The position numbers were made by a program, and so were the translations under genes. The notes under the pieces are model-generated. The model did no database searches, was not told the DNA's origin, and saw nothing but the letters and a program-made list of their open reading frames with translations. From NCBI GenBank assembly GCA_001655205.1, contig LPNZ01009981.1:1-37566 (forward strand): a DNA stretch of 37,566 nt, read 5' to 3'. Numbering within the stretch: the first letter of the stretch is position 1; the number at the start of each line of letters is the position of its first letter. Positions 34,365-37,566 of the stretch are shown here, in pieces. The DNA comes from Lenisia limosa (taxonomy: Eukaryota > Protista > Breviatea).

Positions 34365-37140
34365 ATGCCAGCAAGGGTTTCTGAGGCTAGCAGAATGCGC
34401 ACTCGTAGTATGACAAAGAAGAAGACTAATGAAGCTACTTCCCCCCCTCCACCCAAGATCAATGAATGTCACGGCCTGGCTATTGCGTGTGCCGTGATCA
34501 TGATTATGATTGGTTGCAGCACAAATGTCATTGCACTGGAAGTGCTTATTTCTGTAGGCAATGCAGTTACTTTTGGTTTATTTTGAAAGCAAGGTGTCAA
34601 TGTTTATTTGTTGTGCACCTTTTTCCCCGTACAGTTCACCTTTTATTATCCCAATACTCCAGGCAAACAGCTCCTCTGGTGTTCTCATTACCACTTGTCA
34701 AGTTGGAAGGGTTTACTTGCTCTACTCAGAAGATATCGCAATTATGGAACACATATATTTGCATTTTTATGGGATGACTTGACAAATCTACCTTTTACTG
34801 TTCTTTTCCAACCATCCTAATTTTTTTTAGTTCATATTTATTGCGTTCCAAGGGCTCTTCCACAACCTCACGTTTGACACATCAAAGGTTTGTACCATTT
34901 ATTCCCAAATTGAGGTCTTCACTTCGCTTCTTCTCAATTTTCATAAAGTGGACATCTTTCCTGCATTGTTTCTAACGTTGTTGTTCCAAAGCTTCCAGAA
35001 CTGTAATTTCTCGAATACTATTTGGTTTTCCCTCATGTTATCTACTCAGGGAATTCCTATCCCTTCCTTGGTACCACGCCAAATTCCTCTTTGGTCCCAC
35101 TTGACTTTGGTATGAGGGGAGTTGACTTGACTGAACTGTTCCTGTACCTGTGATGCGTTTTCAGCAATAACCTTACTAATCGTGATAACTTTGTTTTTAT
35201 ATCGTCAACGATACTGGACAGATGACACAATTTAAGATTATATGTGGATAGTTTTGCACGTTTTGTTTCTATCTCGTTGAATGACTTTCCAGGGAGCCTG
35301 CTTTGCTTCGTTGACCCTCCTCAATAACATGATATACTCCTTCAACATTTCAATGCCGCTTCACATGGTTTTCAGGTGAGGTGTTTGCGTTTTTTTTAAA
35401 AGATCGCTGAAATTTTGCTTTATTATAATCCTGTGGTATACTACTATATATACATTGAGGGTCAAAACTTACTATTGTTAGTGTGTTGTATACTTTATGG
35501 ATGGTATGATGCCAAACGATATCTCTACTCGAGTGACTCTTTAGATCAGGAAGCCTCGTGGTTACTTTGCTTATGGGGTACTTTTTCCTCAAGAAGTCGT
35601 ATTCCTCATATCAGGTTTGAAGGGCTCCGTATTTTTTAAATGAAACTCTTTTTGAAATAATATCATTAATCATCCTCTTTACCTCCCCACAAGATTTCAA
35701 GTGTGATGATTGTAACAATCGGAGTGCTTACCAACACGTGGATTTCTCGACCTGTTTGCGTGGGGTTCAGGGACACCAAATTGATCTCTCAAATGTTCTC
35801 ATTTTTGTATTCAATAATGTACTATCATGCCATGTTGTTCATAGAATATATTTACCTGATAATCTAGATGCAAATGCTTGAGGAGACGGAAGAGTCCACA
35901 CCACTTCTGATCTGGCTGACTGGTATGGCGGGTGTCTTTTGTATGTCCTTAAAGTACCAACAAAGGTGTTTGCATTGTCCATAGTCATAGCATTAAAGAT
36001 TTGGACACAGAGTAAAAAGTAAAAGTTAAGCAGACAGTTTGGTGGTTTAAAAATGTTCAGTCACCATCGCAGTTTCATAATTGTATAAAAATATATCATA
36101 TGGACTCACTTCTATCCATATTTCTTGAACTGTATCCTATTTACCCAGCTTACGTAATCCCAGGAGTGGCTTTGTTGATAGTCGTGCAAACTCTCGCCCC
36201 TCTACTTGGCATTCTACAGGAAAATGTGGCTGATACATTTGGAAGACACCCTAACGAGCTTCTCTTCTACTCTCATCTTTTTGCCCTTCCATGCTCGCTA
36301 GTGTTCCTTCCGCAGCTGATTGCACTGGTTGGAAGGTGTTGAAATTTGGGTGAATTCTGCTTTTTAGTATTATCCACAAAGGGGAATACATCCAAAGCCC
36401 TCCCTTTGTCTTTTCTCACACCCCAGGTAAACGAATTCAATGAATCACCGGCTTTGTCGTTATTTTTATTTTCTGTTCCGCGATTGTGGTTCTGGATTGG
36501 CGTCAGCGTTGTGACGCAATTCATTTGCGTCAACGGTGTTTTCAGGCTCACTGGTACGTTAAAAGTGGTTTTTTTGTTTGTTTTTTTGCTGCTCCAATTG
36601 TTACTTTAGTTTTTAATTTATATTAGTTATTTTATATGATATAGTATACAATGTATAGAACAGAAAATGTCGTATTCCAAGTGTTGATTGATTTTAGGGT
36701 TAACGTCATCGTTGACCTGCAGTTTGACACTAACCCTGAGAAAAGTAGGGTGAACATTTAGGATTGGGATACATCATACACACCCAGTTTTTGCCTTAGT
36801 ACTCCGGGGCAAGAGTCCATTATAGATATTGTTTCAGAGTTGAGGATTTATAAGTCCGTCCAAAAGTCTTACCCGAATAGTTCTCTCTCCATTCATTGAC
36901 ATTTTAGTTCATTTCTCTGATTGGCTCTGTATTTATTTTCGGAAACCCCTTTACGGTGAGGGGTGATGCAAGGCCTTTTACTTTTTTTACTTGAGTGGAC
37001 CCTATTATCTCCCAATTTGGGATCTCCACGTTAGTCTGATATAACAGGTAGTGCATTGGTGCGGGGCTTTAACCGTGTTCGTTGGGAGTCTTATCTATAT
37101 TCTGAACCCGAAGCCGACAACAAAGCAAAAGGTTGAGTAA
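34365..37140 (+). CDS. SLC35B4: UDP-xylose/UDP-GlcNAc transporter, SLC35B4/YEA4 type (UAA transporter family)
   Basis: GCSTNVIALEVLI, LNNMIYSFNISMPLHMVFRSGSLVVTLLMGYFFLK, HPNELLFYSHLFALP, TQFICVNGV, LTLTLRKFISLIGSVFIFGNPFT and HWCGALTVFVG. It ends in KQKVE*, a KxKxx ER-retrieval motif. Stop TAA at 37138-37140. Confidence 0.9.
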
Positions 37141-37445
37141 AGTGTTTTTTTCTGATTTCATGGCTGATGATGTTATATGTATGTAAGTTAATTGTTTCCC
37201 CATAACAGTGGATTATATCAATAGTTATATTTATGATACAACTTGCAGTGTTATTCTCCCCTCCGGATATTTGATTACCATATCATCATTAAGGCTTTTT
37301 TCGGTTTAAAATAATTACCAAATTTGATAAATCTTCGATATTTTATCGGGGTTTTTGGACCGAAGTAAAGCCAAAGTCATCATGAAAATGGCACTTTGAG
37401 CAAAATACCAAAATTTCTATCAGCAAGAGGGACATAAAAATAAGC

Positions 37446-37566
37446 TTAGATAATCTCCCATTCCTAAATAGGTGAAATACTGCGGACATTTCTCGTTGAT
37501 GAATACCACCTTATCAAATAGGATTGTTATTCTAGAACAGAAATGGGAGAGGGCATTCCATTACAA
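37446..37566 (-). CDS. Possible 3' end of a ninth gene (two short exons, ...ITILFDKEWEII*)
   Basis: ttctag|22-nt exon 37531-37510|gtggta...46-nt intron...ctatttag|gaa tgg gag att atc taa. The fragment is too short to identify. Confidence 0.3.

Noticed and set aside
1-37566. Non-standard genetic code or stop-codon readthrough (apparent in-frame TAG/TAA at about 20491, 17354, 17085, 29370)
   Set aside because: Each is explained by a GT-AG intron boundary. The six resolved gene ends use TAA or TAG, and the long exons have no internal stops. Absence of TGA among six stops is too small a sample to mean anything.

Overview
Eukaryotic, intron-dense nuclear DNA read with the standard genetic code. 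It has short GT-AG introns (mostly 40-350 nt) and 12 N-gaps. It is probably from a unicellular Amorphea-like protist; this is an inference from the B56 and DAP sequences, not established. Splicing by hand gives eight genes in strictly alternating orientation. (1) A giant (>20.6 kb, about 50 exons, roughly 3,900+ aa inside the window) type I membrane protein with Cys-rich GCC2/GCC3-like repeats (-), whose 3' end lies beyond position 1. (2) A CPTP/ACD11-type glycolipid-transfer-family protein (+). (3) Serine palmitoyltransferase LCB1/SPTLC1 (-). (4) PP2A B56 regulatory subunit (+). (5) A 4-exon, 81-aa death-associated protein 1 (DAP/DAPL1) homolog (-) that the ORF track does not show as a gene. 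(6) An unnamed coiled-coil protein (+). (7) Exosome subunit RRP40/EXOSC3 (-). (8) An SLC35B4/YEA4-type UDP-sugar transporter (+). A possible ninth gene end lies on the - strand at the right edge. No rRNA, tRNA, CRISPR array or mobile element is supported. The most notable observations are the hidden DAP1 ribosome-dormancy-factor homolog, an adjacent CPTP-LCB1-B56 sphingolipid trio, the giant receptor-like protein, the strict head-to-head/tail-to-tail layout with putative leader introns ending just before the ATG, and a relaxed GTNNG donor consensus. All gene models are manual and lack RNA evidence.
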